This document shows, piece by piece, positions 38,662 through 49,133 of a stretch of 58,402 nt of DNA. Origin of the DNA: a virus (taxonomy: Duplodnaviria; Caudoviricetes). The first letter of the stretch is position 1. Every line of letters begins with the position of its first letter. Made by a program: the position numbers and the translations under genes. The notes under the pieces are model-generated. The model searched no databases. It was given only the letters and a program-made list of their open reading frames with translations, and was not told where the DNA came from. Location of the stretch: positions 1-58,402 of the IMG/VR virus record IMGVR_UViG_3300030118_002679; one strand, 5' to 3'.

Positions 38662-40065
38662 TTATTTTAAAAAATCTAAAACTTCTTCACCTAATGTTTT
38701 TGCCGATATAGTAATCTTTTCTTTCAAAGCTTTGATAATAAACTCATCTATTGTTTTAATAGCTACTAGATCTATGTATGTAACCTTATCTGCTTTTTGT
38801 CCACTCCTATGGTTACGAGCTTCTGCTTGTAGTCTCTCTTCTAAGTTGTAAGAGTTGTTAAAAAATATCTGATAACTAGATGCATTTAAAGTTAGTCCAT
38901 ATCCACCGACACTTGGATTACTAACCAGGAACCTCGACCCACGAGGATCATTAAAATTATCAACTACCTCAGATCTTTTTTTTGTATCTCCATATAAAGT
39001 AACTACACTTTTTTCTCCGTATTTTTTTTGTAGAGTCTCCGCAATCTTTTGTATGCTATGTCTAAAAGTCGCCCAGATAATAATTTTACCTTCTATCTCT
39101 TCAATAATATTTAGCAGCTCATCTAATTTAGCATTTGATAGTTCTACTAATTTACCATCATCACTATATAAAAAACCAGAACACACTTGCTGTAGTTTTG
39201 CGATCTCCGTTAATTTATTATGTATTGAGGATTGCTTATCTTGTATTACGACCCTAGCGTGCTCTTTTAATATTTCATAAGCATTACGTTGTTCATTGCT
39301 TAGAAAAATATTTCTTCGCTGCCATATTTGTGGTGGCAGATCTAAACAATCTTTTTTTAAAACTCTGTGTGTATAAGGTAATATCTTTTCTTCTAGTTGC
39401 TCTAAGTTAATATAATTAACTGGGAACTCTATCCTACGATTACCAGCTACAGGTCTACTTTCCATAATACAGTAATGAGCTCTAAAAGTGTAAAACGATT
39501 TGAATCCAAGTAGATCTTCATCTAAAAATGCAAACTGACTCCATAAATCTAATGGAGATTTTGTAACAGGTGTTCCTGTTAGTATTCTTCTGTATCGTAC
39601 ACCCTTACCTAACTTTAAAACATTTTTGGATCTCTTAGCAGTTCTGTTCTTTATTGTAGTGGACTCATCTATTACCATCATAGTAGTTAAACCTTTTCTT
39701 TCTACTAACTCTAATCCTTTATTGTATCCAGACTTATGACTAAAGGCCTCTATGTTCATTAGATACCAATTTAATTTGTCTTTCTTTGGGTAAAACTTTT
39801 TATCTATTTTATGTTGATAAATATAATTGTTTGCTGAGGAATGTATTTCTATTTCTTTTTTCCAATTTGTGTACACACTATTAGGAGCTATCACATACAC
39901 TGTATCAAGTAATTCCATATTGTATAAGTATACTGCATTGTCGATTGTAACTTTTGTTTTACCTGTTCCTTGTTCCATAAAAAAACCAAACACACTTTGA
40001 GTAGCACCTTTACGAAGTGCTACTCTTTGATGTTCATAGGGTTGAGTCTTATAATTATGCGACAT
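38662..40065 (-). CDS. SNF2-family (SF2) helicase
   Basis: MEQGTGKT, DEST, LTGTP, GYGLTL, QAEARNHRSGQ. Confidence 0.9.
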   Translation of the reverse strand: MSHNYKTQPYEHQRVALRKGATQSVFGFFMEQGTGKTKVTIDNAVYLYNMELLDTVYVIAPNSVYTNWKKEIEIHSSANNYIYQHKIDKKFYPKKDKLNWYLMNIEAFSHKSGYNKGLELVERKGLTTMMVIDESTTIKNRTAKRSKNVLKLGKGVRYRRILTGTPVTKSPLDLWSQFAFLDEDLLGFKSFYTFRAHYCIMESRPVAGNRRIEFPVNYINLEQLEEKILPYTHRVLKKDCLDLPPQIWQRRNIFLSNEQRNAYEILKEHARVVIQDKQSSIHNKLTEIAKLQQVCSGFLYSDDGKLVELSNAKLDELLNIIEEIEGKIIIWATFRHSIQKIAETLQKKYGEKSVVTLYGDTKKRSEVVDNFNDPRGSRFLVSNPSVGGYGLTLNASSYQIFFNNSYNLEERLQAEARNHRSGQKADKVTYIDLVAIKTIDEFIIKALKEKITISAKTLGEEVLDFLK

Positions 40066-41038
40066 AATCTTTTTCTATTACTCCTAATTCTTTCGTGCCT
40101 CTAGTGTGATTTTTAATCCATACTTTTTTACCAGACTTATAATGTCTATAAAAACCTCTAACATCGTGAAACCTATTTTTGTTAACACTTCTATTGTAAA
40201 TAAAATTATTGTGTTTACTAGATTTACTAATATCTAATATTTTGTATTGATAAGCAGTAGGTTTTTTATTTCGTAAGTCAGCTAATCTCTCCTCTGGTTC
40301 TACTTCAACACATTCTTGTCTATTAGTTAAATTATTTAAACTGTGTATAAAATATACTGTCTTTGCTGCACTCATTATTTCTTCTCTAAATTTAAAATCT
40401 ATTTCTTTTAATTGAGGATTATCAATAGGATTTTTCAATGACCAATGTAGAAATGGTTTTGTATAAGACAAGTAGAAATCAATCCAATCTTTATCTCCTT
40501 GAAACCATGAATGTAATAAATTAATATTATCTCCATGTGTTGAGCTATCATTTTCCCAATGGCTCCTCCATAGATTTTTTGTTTTAGATATACCCCAATC
40601 AGCAATATGATTTACTAATCCGTTACCTTCGATTATCGTGCCATTAGAATTAAATTTTTCACCATTTTTTAAATAATAAAATGACGATATAACATAGTGT
40701 GTTTTTTTATCTCTAATCCAAAACCCTGCATAATTAGTAGTTGTTTCTTCTGCATACTCTATTATAAGTATTTGATTATCATAGTAAGGCAAGAAATCTT
40801 CTAATAGTGTTTTTCTATCAACTTCTCCTTCCATAAATTTATCTGAAACATTCTTAGTTACAAAAATCTTTTTAGAATTAATAAAATCCATGTGTAGATC
40901 GTTGACTACTTGTTTGTAAGGATTTTTATTTTTATTTAAAAATGCCACCTTGCCAAACTGTCTATTCGTGAATTTTGCTTGTCTAGGATTACGGATAATA
41001 TATCCGTAATTTTTTATTATTGTTTCCATGTCTATCAT
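40055..41038 (-). CDS. Hypothetical protein with C-terminal HxVRGxxR...WI..H.RG motif
   Basis: FHDVRGFYRHYKSGKKVWIKNHTRG. Confidence 0.7.
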   Translation of the reverse strand: MIDMETIIKNYGYIIRNPRQAKFTNRQFGKVAFLNKNKNPYKQVVNDLHMDFINSKKIFVTKNVSDKFMEGEVDRKTLLEDFLPYYDNQILIIEYAEETTTNYAGFWIRDKKTHYVISSFYYLKNGEKFNSNGTIIEGNGLVNHIADWGISKTKNLWRSHWENDSSTHGDNINLLHSWFQGDKDWIDFYLSYTKPFLHWSLKNPIDNPQLKEIDFKFREEIMSAAKTVYFIHSLNNLTNRQECVEVEPEERLADLRNKKPTAYQYKILDISKSSKHNNFIYNRSVNKNRFHDVRGFYRHYKSGKKVWIKNHTRGTKELGVIEKDYVA

Positions 41039-41328
41039 ATCTTTATTACCTCATAAGTTTTTTTACTTTTAGGTTTAACAATTAAATAACTATTAATAAC
41101 TAATCTTGAGTTCATTCTTGTGCCTACAGATTTTGCAGACTGTATTGCATTAGTCTTTGCATACCGTAGTGCAGATTTAATTTCATTGTCTTCATACTGT
41201 GGTAATTTTTTTCTAAGTTTACCAAAAGTATTATGACCTTGTTCAATAAGCACTCGTATGTCACTGGCTATCTTTTCTTTGAACGCCATAGTCAATGCAA
41301 CTTTTTTTTGTACGCCATTTATTATCAT
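41035..41328 (-). CDS. Hypothetical, possibly winged-helix DNA-binding protein
   Basis: AACAAAGGAT leader; basic helical sequence. Confidence 0.6.
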   Translation of the reverse strand: MIINGVQKKVALTMAFKEKIASDIRVLIEQGHNTFGKLRKKLPQYEDNEIKSALRYAKTNAIQSAKSVGTRMNSRLVINSYLIVKPKSKKTYEVIKI

Positions 41329-41512
41329 TTTTTTATCCTTTGTTTATTGTAAGAAAAATGTCTTACATATAAATAATAAATTATTTTTAATTTTATGTCA
41401 AATCATATCTCATCTAGATAAGCCTTAGTTTATAAGGGTTCTTGAACAAATATTTTTTTTTGTTTGACTTGCTGCATTTTTTTTTATACAACTTATCCAG
41501 AAAGGAGGTCTG
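41329..41512. promoter_or_regulatory. Divergent promoter region (early block vs replication operon)
   Basis: Leftward TTGACA near 41397-41402; degenerate operator CTCATCTAGATAAG at 41409-41422; rightward TTGACT at 41464. Confidence 0.55.
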
Positions 41513-42064
41513 ATGGACTTACGAAAAGAAGCTGAAAAGCTAAAGACGGATTTGAGCTCCGATAGTTTAGCCGACATCACTTCTGAATGTAACAAGTTAA
41601 TGACACTTCAAGATGAAATAAAAAAGATGGAAGAAAGATTGAAAGAATTACAATCTCAAGAAAGAAATTTATCTCAAGAAGTGATTCCTAACTTATTACA
41701 TGAAGTTGGTGTTAGTGAAATAAAAACTATTGATGGTGCAACTGTCCAGGTGAAACCTTTTATCAAAGCATCCATTACAAAAGCAAATCAAGAAAAAGCT
41801 TTTGCATGGTTACGAGATAATGGGTTTGAAGACATCATAAAGAATCAATTAGCAATTAATTTTAAAAAGAGTGAAGACAATATGGCTTCAGATATTTTTG
41901 AAGATTTAAAGTCAAAAGGATTAAATGTTAATCGAGAAGAAAAAGTAAACACAAATACTTTAACTGCAACCTTTAGAGAATTAATTTTAGAAAAAGGTGA
42001 AGCAGTTCCTAGTGATGTGTTTTCTATTTATCAATCTAGCAAAACTAAAATAATAAGGAGTTAA
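41513..42064 (+). CDS. Replication-module coiled-coil protein
   Basis: AAGGAGG RBS; AFAWLRDNG..DIIKN motif common upstream of phage SSB genes. Confidence 0.7.
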   Translation: MDLRKEAEKLKTDLSSDSLADITSECNKLMTLQDEIKKMEERLKELQSQERNLSQEVIPNLLHEVGVSEIKTIDGATVQVKPFIKASITKANQEKAFAWLRDNGFEDIIKNQLAINFKKSEDNMASDIFEDLKSKGLNVNREEKVNTNTLTATFRELILEKGEAVPSDVFSIYQSSKTKIIRS

Positions 42065-42065
42065 C

Positions 42066-42908
42066 ATGAATACAGTTACAAAGAAAAAAGAAAATTTACC
42101 AACCACACCTAAAATAAGTTTGAGAGAACACGCTGGTGAAGGCACAGAAAATATTACTGCCAAAGATCAGAAGTTACCAATCTTAAAACTTTTACATTCT
42201 TCTAGTCCAGTATTAGAAGAGGGTAATCCTATGTTTAATGAAAAGGCAAGAGCTGGAGATATTTATAATGAAGTGTCACAAACACTTTATGGTAAAACTA
42301 TATTGGCAGTTCCTTGTCATTACATTAATACTTACAATGAATGGGCACCTAAAGGTCAAGGGGTAGGAAGACCTACTATCCATTTAAAAAAATCTATTAT
42401 GGATCAATGCCAGAGAAATGAACAAGATAAAAAAGATTATTTACCAAATGGTAATTATGTTGAAGACACTGGTAATCATTTTTGCTACATAGTAGATGAA
42501 AAAACTTATGAACCATTAGAATCAGTTTTGATTACTATGAAGATGTCACAGAAAAGTAAATCAAAAGGATGGAACTCTACCACTAAAACAAAATCAAGAT
42601 CGGATGATTTAGGAAGTTATGTTCCACCTACCTGGAGTTCAGTATATAGATTAACTTCTGTTAAAGAAGAAAATACTAAAGAAGGTTATAAGTGGCATGG
42701 GTGGTCAATCACTTTTGATAAGTGGTTAGACGAAAATAAAGATGCTCATATATTAGAAAAAACTAAAGCTTTTTATGAAACTGTAAAACAAAATGATGTT
42801 TTTGGAATAGTTGATTTTGAAGCTGAAGTTGAGGTGCAAAGTTCTGATGTTAGTAAACAAAAGAAACCAGCTCAAGTAACAGCGAACACTCAAGACGATC
42901 CTTTCTAA
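42066..42908 (+). CDS. Single-stranded DNA-binding protein
   Basis: Acidic-aromatic C-terminal tail DDPF; position in the replication module. Confidence 0.65.
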   Translation: MNTVTKKKENLPTTPKISLREHAGEGTENITAKDQKLPILKLLHSSSPVLEEGNPMFNEKARAGDIYNEVSQTLYGKTILAVPCHYINTYNEWAPKGQGVGRPTIHLKKSIMDQCQRNEQDKKDYLPNGNYVEDTGNHFCYIVDEKTYEPLESVLITMKMSQKSKSKGWNSTTKTKSRSDDLGSYVPPTWSSVYRLTSVKEENTKEGYKWHGWSITFDKWLDENKDAHILEKTKAFYETVKQNDVFGIVDFEAEVEVQSSDVSKQKKPAQVTANTQDDPF

Positions 42909-42913
42909 GTATT

Positions 42914-44473
42914 ATGAAAAAACTCTTTGAATTGTTCAAAGGGAACTCTGACTCTTACATCAAGTCCTCTGTAACCGGAGAGCTTGATGATAGGGGTAAG
43001 AGAATCACCTCTTATACCACTGTTCACGAACCAGTGACCACGACACAATGGCAAGAACATTTGAATGGCAAAATAAGAATAGGTTTTAAACCAGAAGAAG
43101 ATGGCAAGTGTATGTGGGGATGTATAGATGTAGATCCTAATAGTTACAAAAATTATTCACAAAAAAAATATGTTGATATAATTAAAAATTATAAGCTGCC
43201 ATTAGTTGCAGTAAAGTCAAAGTCTGGAGGCTTACACATATTTGTATTTTTTACTGAATGGGCAGATGTCGAAAAAGTTTCTGAAAAATTACAAAAAATA
43301 AATGATAAATATTTTTTGGCACAAGAAGTGTTTCCTTGTAATAAAGCTCTTAACATGCCTTATCAAAATATGAATAGTAGTATGGAATTTGCTTACGATG
43401 ATGACAACAATCCAGTTTTAATAAAAAGATTTATAGAGATAGCATTAGCAAAAAAAATTAAACCAGAAGATTTTTATAAATTAAGAATAAAAGATTATGA
43501 ACCAGAAAGTATGTGGAATACATATGCACCCTGTGTGCAAAAATTAATACAAGAAAAATGGGAAGGTAATAACAGAAATAATTATTTATTTAATGTGTTG
43601 GTATTAGAGATGAAAAAAAATAACGCTAACACCACAGCAGAATTAGAAGAGATAGCTCATAGTAGAAACAGTCAAATATTTCACAATCCATTACCACGAA
43701 ATGAAGTTACACAATTAGCTAAAAGTGTTCATAAAAGTAATTATGATTTTCAGTGTCCACCAAAACATCCAGAGTATGCACCAATATGTAATAAGGAATT
43801 ATGCAAACAAAGACGTTTAGGTATTGGTGAAGCCATACCAGAGATCATAGATAATTTTACGGACATTACATTTATAAGAGATACAAAAACTATTTGGTAT
43901 GAGTTCAATTATCAAGGCCAACGGATCACTGTACAACCAGAAGATATGAAGGATGAAAAAACATTTAGAACAAGATTATTACGATATAGAGTTTTCTGGA
44001 TGACGTTACCAAAGAGTAAAAAAGGACCATCACCATTTGAATTATTAATGAAAGGTATCGTTGAGAGATCTGTAGAGGATTCACAACACAAGTTTGAAGA
44101 TACCTTAGAAGAAGAAAAATATAATACATTAAAAAGATTTTTTGAAAGTCACATTGAACAAGATAATTATGACAAGCTAAAAGATGGCTATGTCGTTTTA
44201 GACACTAGGAGTAATATATGTTATTTTAAAAAGATTACGTTAGATAAGTTTATTAAAAAAAATGCTGCACGTATGTTTAACACAACTACAGATGCATTAC
44301 GTTTATTAGGATGTAGAAGAAAAGATTATCATGAAGGAGAAAAAAATATATGGCATGTAACATTACCAGAATTTATATCTCATGAAAGTATACAGCAGCA
44401 AGTCAAAGATAAAGTAACAGAATTGGATGAATCATATCATGACAAGTTTAGAGAAAGCAAAAAAGATATATAA
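42914..44473 (+). CDS. AEP-type primase with PriCT-like domain
   Basis: WQEHLNG, WGCIDVD, KSKSGGLH, EGNNRNNYLF. Confidence 0.8.
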   Translation: MKKLFELFKGNSDSYIKSSVTGELDDRGKRITSYTTVHEPVTTTQWQEHLNGKIRIGFKPEEDGKCMWGCIDVDPNSYKNYSQKKYVDIIKNYKLPLVAVKSKSGGLHIFVFFTEWADVEKVSEKLQKINDKYFLAQEVFPCNKALNMPYQNMNSSMEFAYDDDNNPVLIKRFIEIALAKKIKPEDFYKLRIKDYEPESMWNTYAPCVQKLIQEKWEGNNRNNYLFNVLVLEMKKNNANTTAELEEIAHSRNSQIFHNPLPRNEVTQLAKSVHKSNYDFQCPPKHPEYAPICNKELCKQRRLGIGEAIPEIIDNFTDITFIRDTKTIWYEFNYQGQRITVQPEDMKDEKTFRTRLLRYRVFWMTLPKSKKGPSPFELLMKGIVERSVEDSQHKFEDTLEEEKYNTLKRFFESHIEQDNYDKLKDGYVVLDTRSNICYFKKITLDKFIKKNAARMFNTTTDALRLLGCRRKDYHEGEKNIWHVTLPEFISHESIQQQVKDKVTELDESYHDKFRESKKDI

Positions 44474-46043
44474 TAAAACCATAAAGATTTATGGACCTCC
44501 TGGTACTGGCAAGACTTATACTTTAATAGAACGTATCTTAAAAAAATATTTAACCAAAGGAGTTTCTCCTAATGATATAGCGTACATTAGTTTTACGAAC
44601 AAAGCTGTAAATGAGGCCATCGAGAGAGTGATAAATACTTTTCCTAAATTTGATATTAAAGACTTTGAACGATTTAAAACATTACATAAATATTGTAGGA
44701 GATACTTTGAAGAGGAGGTGTTTGATCCTAAAAATTGTATGATTGACTTTGCACTACAAAATAAAATTATTAAAACTTCGGATAATCGTTTGGCTGATGA
44801 TGGCTTTATCTATAAGGATTGGTCATTAGGTATTTATGATAAAGCACGAAACACGATGCAAGATCCAGTGTTAACTTACAAAAAAGAAAGTTACAAAAAA
44901 GATTCATTAGATGTGTATCTTAGAAAGATCTCTACATATGAGCATTATAAAAAAGATAGCTTTATTGATTTTACAGATATGATATCCAGAGCTATTGATG
45001 AGGTAGACTTTCCTAATTTAAAATTATTAATTCTTGACGAAGCTCAAGACTTTACTCCACTACAGTGGTCATTGATATATAAGATGGCAGATAATGTAGA
45101 AAGAATATATTTAGCTGGTGATGATGATCAATCTATTTATTCTTGGAATGGAGCTGACAGTAGATACTTTACTCACTACTTTGGTGGCAGGAAAGTTATA
45201 TTAAGAAAAACAAAACGCTTTGGTCAAGCCATTTATGATTTTTCCCAAGTTATAAGAAAAGGTATTATTAATAGTTTAGAAAAAGAATACTATCCATCAG
45301 ACAAAGATAGTTATGTAAAACGCTATCTTAATTTTAGAGAGGTGCCATTAAATATAGATGGTAACTGGTACATATTAGGTAGAGTTAATTCTGTGGTAAA
45401 TGAATTACGTATGATGGCAAAAGATGCTGGTTTATATTTTTCTGATAATCGTGGTAATAAATCTTTTGACAAAAAACAATGGGAAGCAATCAAGAGCTGG
45501 ACTAAAATTACTAATGGTAAAAGTATCACGAAACACGAAGCAGAAACTATGATGAAATATATAAGGGAAGTAAAAGATAGTTCTTATCGTTCTGTAAAAT
45601 TTTGGATTAGTCTACCTGATACTCAAGAATATGATTTTGATGGATTAATAGACTGGTGTGGTTTAGATTTAAATGATGATGCTTATAACAAACCTTGGTA
45701 TGAAATATTGAAAAGAAATTTTCATACTCCACAAACAACGTATTTTGTTAGATTGTTACAAAGATACGGACAAAAAACATTGGATCAAGATCCACAAATA
45801 ATTATTGATACCATACACTCTTGCAAAGGCGGTGAAGCAGACAATGTTTTATTAGCATCTAAATGTAATTGGGTATCATCATTTCAAAGAAAAGATCAAC
45901 ACGAACAATCTGAGGAACGTAAAGTTTATTATGTCGGTGTAACGAGAGCTAAAAAAAGATTACATTTATTAGGTACAGATCACAGATATAATTATCCGAT
46001 TGGAGTAGATTATTTAAATTTTATAAAGGAGAAAAAAAAATGA
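44427..46043 (+). CDS. UvrD/Rep-family SF1 helicase
   Basis: GPPGTGKT, SFTNKA, DEAQD, GDDDQSIY, TIHSCKGGE, YVGVTRAK. Confidence 0.92.
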   Translation: MNHIMTSLEKAKKIYNKTIKIYGPPGTGKTYTLIERILKKYLTKGVSPNDIAYISFTNKAVNEAIERVINTFPKFDIKDFERFKTLHKYCRRYFEEEVFDPKNCMIDFALQNKIIKTSDNRLADDGFIYKDWSLGIYDKARNTMQDPVLTYKKESYKKDSLDVYLRKISTYEHYKKDSFIDFTDMISRAIDEVDFPNLKLLILDEAQDFTPLQWSLIYKMADNVERIYLAGDDDQSIYSWNGADSRYFTHYFGGRKVILRKTKRFGQAIYDFSQVIRKGIINSLEKEYYPSDKDSYVKRYLNFREVPLNIDGNWYILGRVNSVVNELRMMAKDAGLYFSDNRGNKSFDKKQWEAIKSWTKITNGKSITKHEAETMMKYIREVKDSSYRSVKFWISLPDTQEYDFDGLIDWCGLDLNDDAYNKPWYEILKRNFHTPQTTYFVRLLQRYGQKTLDQDPQIIIDTIHSCKGGEADNVLLASKCNWVSSFQRKDQHEQSEERKVYYVGVTRAKKRLHLLGTDHRYNYPIGVDYLNFIKEKKK

Positions 46044-46264
46044 ACTGTTGGCATTGTAATACAAAATTAATATGGGGTGGAGATCATGATGGCGATCAAT
46101 GCATGGAAGAAGATATAGATTTAGTAACCAATTTAAGCTGCCCTAACTGTGAAACCTTTGTATATGTATATCATAGATTTAAACCCATTGACGATAAATA
46201 TAAAAAAAAAACTCTAAATGAAGGAGACTTTTATGACGATTTTAATTATGTATACTATTGTTAG
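46040..46264 (+). CDS. Zn-ribbon protein
   Basis: CWHC...LIWGGDHD...CPNC. Confidence 0.7.
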   Translation: MNCWHCNTKLIWGGDHDGDQCMEEDIDLVTNLSCPNCETFVYVYHRFKPIDDKYKKKTLNEGDFYDDFNYVYYC

Positions 46265-46301
46265 TACGATTATAGGATTACAAAATGCAGGTATATTATG
46301 A
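46233..46301 (+). CDS. 22-aa hydrophobic peptide (not in ORF track)
   Basis: AAGGAG RBS; MTILIMYTIVSTIIGLQNAGIL; ATGA overlap with the next ORF. Confidence 0.45.
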   Translation: MTILIMYTIVSTIIGLQNAGIL

Positions 46302-46471
46302 GTTATAAAATAAATATATGTTTAGAATTTAGAACTAGACCAACTAAAGCTATGGTTGAAGACAAACTATTTAATTTAATTAGAGATGGCTTTGTATTAA
46401 AGACTAAGGAGGAACATGAAAGAGAAAAACAACTTGTGGAAAAAGGGCAGCAAGCATTACCACAATCTTGA
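46298..46471 (+). CDS. 57-aa hypothetical protein (not in ORF track)
   Basis: MSYKINICLEFRTRPTKAMVEDKLFNLIRDG...; fills the gap. Confidence 0.5.
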   Translation: MSYKINICLEFRTRPTKAMVEDKLFNLIRDGFVLKTKEEHEREKQLVEKGQQALPQS

Positions 46472-46628
46472 GATACAACCTTCACAATTTATTAATAAAA
46501 ATAAATTACAATTTGCTGAAGGAAATGTGATTAAGTATGTGTGTAGACATCCATATAAAGGGGGAGCTGAAGATATTAAGAAAGCAATACACTATTTAGA
46601 AATGATTTTAGAGAGAGATTATGAATAA
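46416..46628 (+). CDS. DUF3310 / T7 gp1.7-like nucleotide kinase domain protein
   Basis: GSKHY...IQP...EGNVIKYVCR...KGG.EDIKKAIHYLE. Confidence 0.8.
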   Translation: MKEKNNLWKKGSKHYHNLEIQPSQFINKNKLQFAEGNVIKYVCRHPYKGGAEDIKKAIHYLEMILERDYE

Positions 46629-46911
46629 AGATGATAATAAATTAGTTTATTTATTTAATAATAAAAAAAACGAAGAGAACAAAAAAGAATTAGATGAAAT
46701 GCTTATTGTTAGAAAAGCAATCATAAAAGCAATGAAGAACATAGAGTCTGAGGTATCCCCACATAACATAATAAAAGTTTTAGGGTTTTACTTATGTGAG
46801 ATAACTTTTAAGCATTGTCCAGACCCTTTTGTAGCTACTAATTTATTATTACAAATACTTGTAAACCAAACAGAAGCAGAGTCTTTGAAAATAATAAAGA
46901 GAGATATTTAA
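46621..46911 (+). CDS. Hypothetical protein
   Basis: ORF coupled to polA. Confidence 0.6.
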   Translation: MNKDDNKLVYLFNNKKNEENKKELDEMLIVRKAIIKAMKNIESEVSPHNIIKVLGFYLCEITFKHCPDPFVATNLLLQILVNQTEAESLKIIKRDI

Positions 46912-48770
46912 TGCAGTTAGTATTTCCATTACAAAAAAAAACTATGTGGTCTCCACCAATAGAATACAAAGATTTATCTAGTGCAACAGAAATAGCCATA
47001 GATTTAGAAACTAGAGATGATGGAATCAACAACGGTTTAGGAGCAGGCTGGGCATTTAATAAAGGTGAGATCATCGGTATGGCAGTTGCTACACAGGGGT
47101 TTAGTGCCTATTATCCTTTCGGACATTTAGGTGGTGGTAATTTGATTAAAGAGCAAGTCTTAAAATATATGCATGATATCTGTGCCTTGCCTTGTAGAAA
47201 AATATTTCATAATGCAGCTTATGATGTTGGGTGGTTACAGTCTTATGGTATTAGAGTAAATGGTGAGATTGTAGATACAATGATTGCTGGTGCCTTGTTA
47301 GATGAGAATAGATACTCGTATTCTCTTAATGCATTAGCAAAAGAATATTTAGGTGAGATGAAAGTAGAAAAAGATTTACGAGATACCGCTTTATTATATG
47401 GTGTAGATCCTAAGCAAGAGATGTGGAAACTACCTAGTGAAGCAGTTGGATTGTATGCTCAAGAAGATGCACGACTCACGTATGATTTATGGCAGCGAAT
47501 GAAACATGAATTAAACAAACAAAATTTATTAACCATATGGCAATTAGAAAGAGATCTTTTGCCGCACTTAATTGAAATGCGTAAAAGAGGTATTAGAGTA
47601 AACGAACCAGGTGCAGAAAAATTAAAAAAAGATTTTATTGCATCGGAAAAGAAAACGCTGCAAACGATTAAGAACGCTGTAGGTAAGGAAGTAGATATCT
47701 GGGCAGCCAGAAGCATAGCCACAGCTTACGATAAATTAGGCATTGAATATCCTAGAACAGGCAAGACGCAAGAACCAAGTTTCACGCAGCAATGGTTGAT
47801 GGAAGATAAAAACGATATATCAAAGTTGATTGTGCAAGCAAGAGAGATGAATAAGTTTCATAATACTTTTATCAATAGTATTTTAAAATACACACATAAT
47901 GGCAGAATACACGCTGAGATAAATCAGTTACGCAGTGATAATGGTGGAACCGTTAGTGGTAGATTATCTATGAACAATCCTAATTTGCAGCAACTACCTG
48001 CACGTAATAAAGAATTTGGTGGTTTGATACGAGGATTGTTTCTACCAGAAGAAGGTGAAAAGTTTACTGCACTTGATTATAGCCAGCAAGAACCTCGCCT
48101 CGCAGTGCATTATAGTTTGGCCTTAGAATATGAGGGAGCAAAAGAGATAGCTTTATCATATGAAAAAGGAGATGGAGACTTTCATCAATCGGTAGCAGAC
48201 TTATGTGGTATTGATAGGAAGAGTGCTAAAACGATTTCATTAGGCTTGATGTATGGTATGGGTAAAAATAAATTAGCCAACATGTTAGGATTAACTTTTG
48301 ATGAGGCTAGTTCTTTAATTGATAAGTATAATCGTAAAGCTCCGTTTTTAAAAATGCTATCAGACAAGTGTATGGACAAAGCACAGAACGAAGGGGTGAT
48401 ACGCACTAAGTTAGGAAGAAAATGTCGCTTTGATTTGTATGAGCCAAAAGACTGGGGTGTACATACTCCAGAGAGATATGACAATGCCTCAGCTAAATAT
48501 GGAGCAAAAAATATTAAAAGAGCCTACACATACAAAAGTCTTAACCGATTGATACAAGGCAGCTCCGCAGATCTGACAAAGAAAGCTATGCTAGAATGTG
48601 CGAAGATGGGTCATTTACCATTGCTCCAGATCCACGATGAATTATGTTTTAGTATCAAAGATCAAAAAGATATAGAACATATAAAAAGTAAAATGGAAAA
48701 TTGTGTAGAGTTCCTGGTGCCTATGAAAGTGGATGTAGCTATTGGTGAAAATTTTGGTGAAACTATCTAA
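46911..48770 (+). CDS. polA: Family A DNA polymerase with 3'-5' exonuclease
   Basis: IDLET, HNAAYD, YAQED, GRLS..NPNLQQ, DYSQQEPR, AKTISLGLMYG, QIHDEL. Confidence 0.95.
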   Translation: MQLVFPLQKKTMWSPPIEYKDLSSATEIAIDLETRDDGINNGLGAGWAFNKGEIIGMAVATQGFSAYYPFGHLGGGNLIKEQVLKYMHDICALPCRKIFHNAAYDVGWLQSYGIRVNGEIVDTMIAGALLDENRYSYSLNALAKEYLGEMKVEKDLRDTALLYGVDPKQEMWKLPSEAVGLYAQEDARLTYDLWQRMKHELNKQNLLTIWQLERDLLPHLIEMRKRGIRVNEPGAEKLKKDFIASEKKTLQTIKNAVGKEVDIWAARSIATAYDKLGIEYPRTGKTQEPSFTQQWLMEDKNDISKLIVQAREMNKFHNTFINSILKYTHNGRIHAEINQLRSDNGGTVSGRLSMNNPNLQQLPARNKEFGGLIRGLFLPEEGEKFTALDYSQQEPRLAVHYSLALEYEGAKEIALSYEKGDGDFHQSVADLCGIDRKSAKTISLGLMYGMGKNKLANMLGLTFDEASSLIDKYNRKAPFLKMLSDKCMDKAQNEGVIRTKLGRKCRFDLYEPKDWGVHTPERYDNASAKYGAKNIKRAYTYKSLNRLIQGSSADLTKKAMLECAKMGHLPLLQIHDELCFSIKDQKDIEHIKSKMENCVEFLVPMKVDVAIGENFGETI

Positions 48771-48773
48771 TTC

Positions 48774-48801
48774 TTGACATTTCACATCGTATCACTAAAA
48801 T
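48774..48801 (+). promoter_or_regulatory. Sigma70 promoter with operator half-site
   Basis: TTGACA-tttCACATCgtatcac-TAAAAT. Confidence 0.6.
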
Positions 48802-48807
48802 CATTAT

Positions 48808-48885
48808 ATGACTAAAACAATACTTACATTTATATTGTCTGTAAACGTAGTAGTTTGGGCATATATTTGGTTATTAACTTTATAG
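48808..48885 (+). CDS. 25-aa single-TM peptide, probably leaderless (not in ORF track)
   Basis: MTKTILTFILSVNVVVWAYIWLLTL; ATG 6 nt after the -10 box. Confidence 0.5.
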   Translation: MTKTILTFILSVNVVVWAYIWLLTL

Positions 48886-48893
48886 GAGACAAA

Positions 48894-49091
48894 ATGGATA
48901 CAACTAAGTGGAGAACCGTAGCTATTAGAATAGATAGTTACAAATTATTAAAAGGTATGTGTGAAAAAACTAATCGTAATCCCTCTAATATGATTAATGA
49001 ATTACTAGATTTGAGCCTTACACAGATGAGCAAAAAGGAACAAAGAAAAAAACAAGACATCATTAAAGATTTATTAAAAAGCCAGAACTAA
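48894..49091 (+). CDS. Ribbon-helix-helix-like DNA-binding protein (ATG 48894 preferred)
   Basis: WRTVAI strand followed by two helices; AGGAG RBS. Confidence 0.6.
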   Translation: MDTTKWRTVAIRIDSYKLLKGMCEKTNRNPSNMINELLDLSLTQMSKKEQRKKQDIIKDLLKSQN

Positions 49092-49133
49092 AAAAATTCT
49101 GGCATAAATCCTTATCATCGTGTAAAAGATAAA

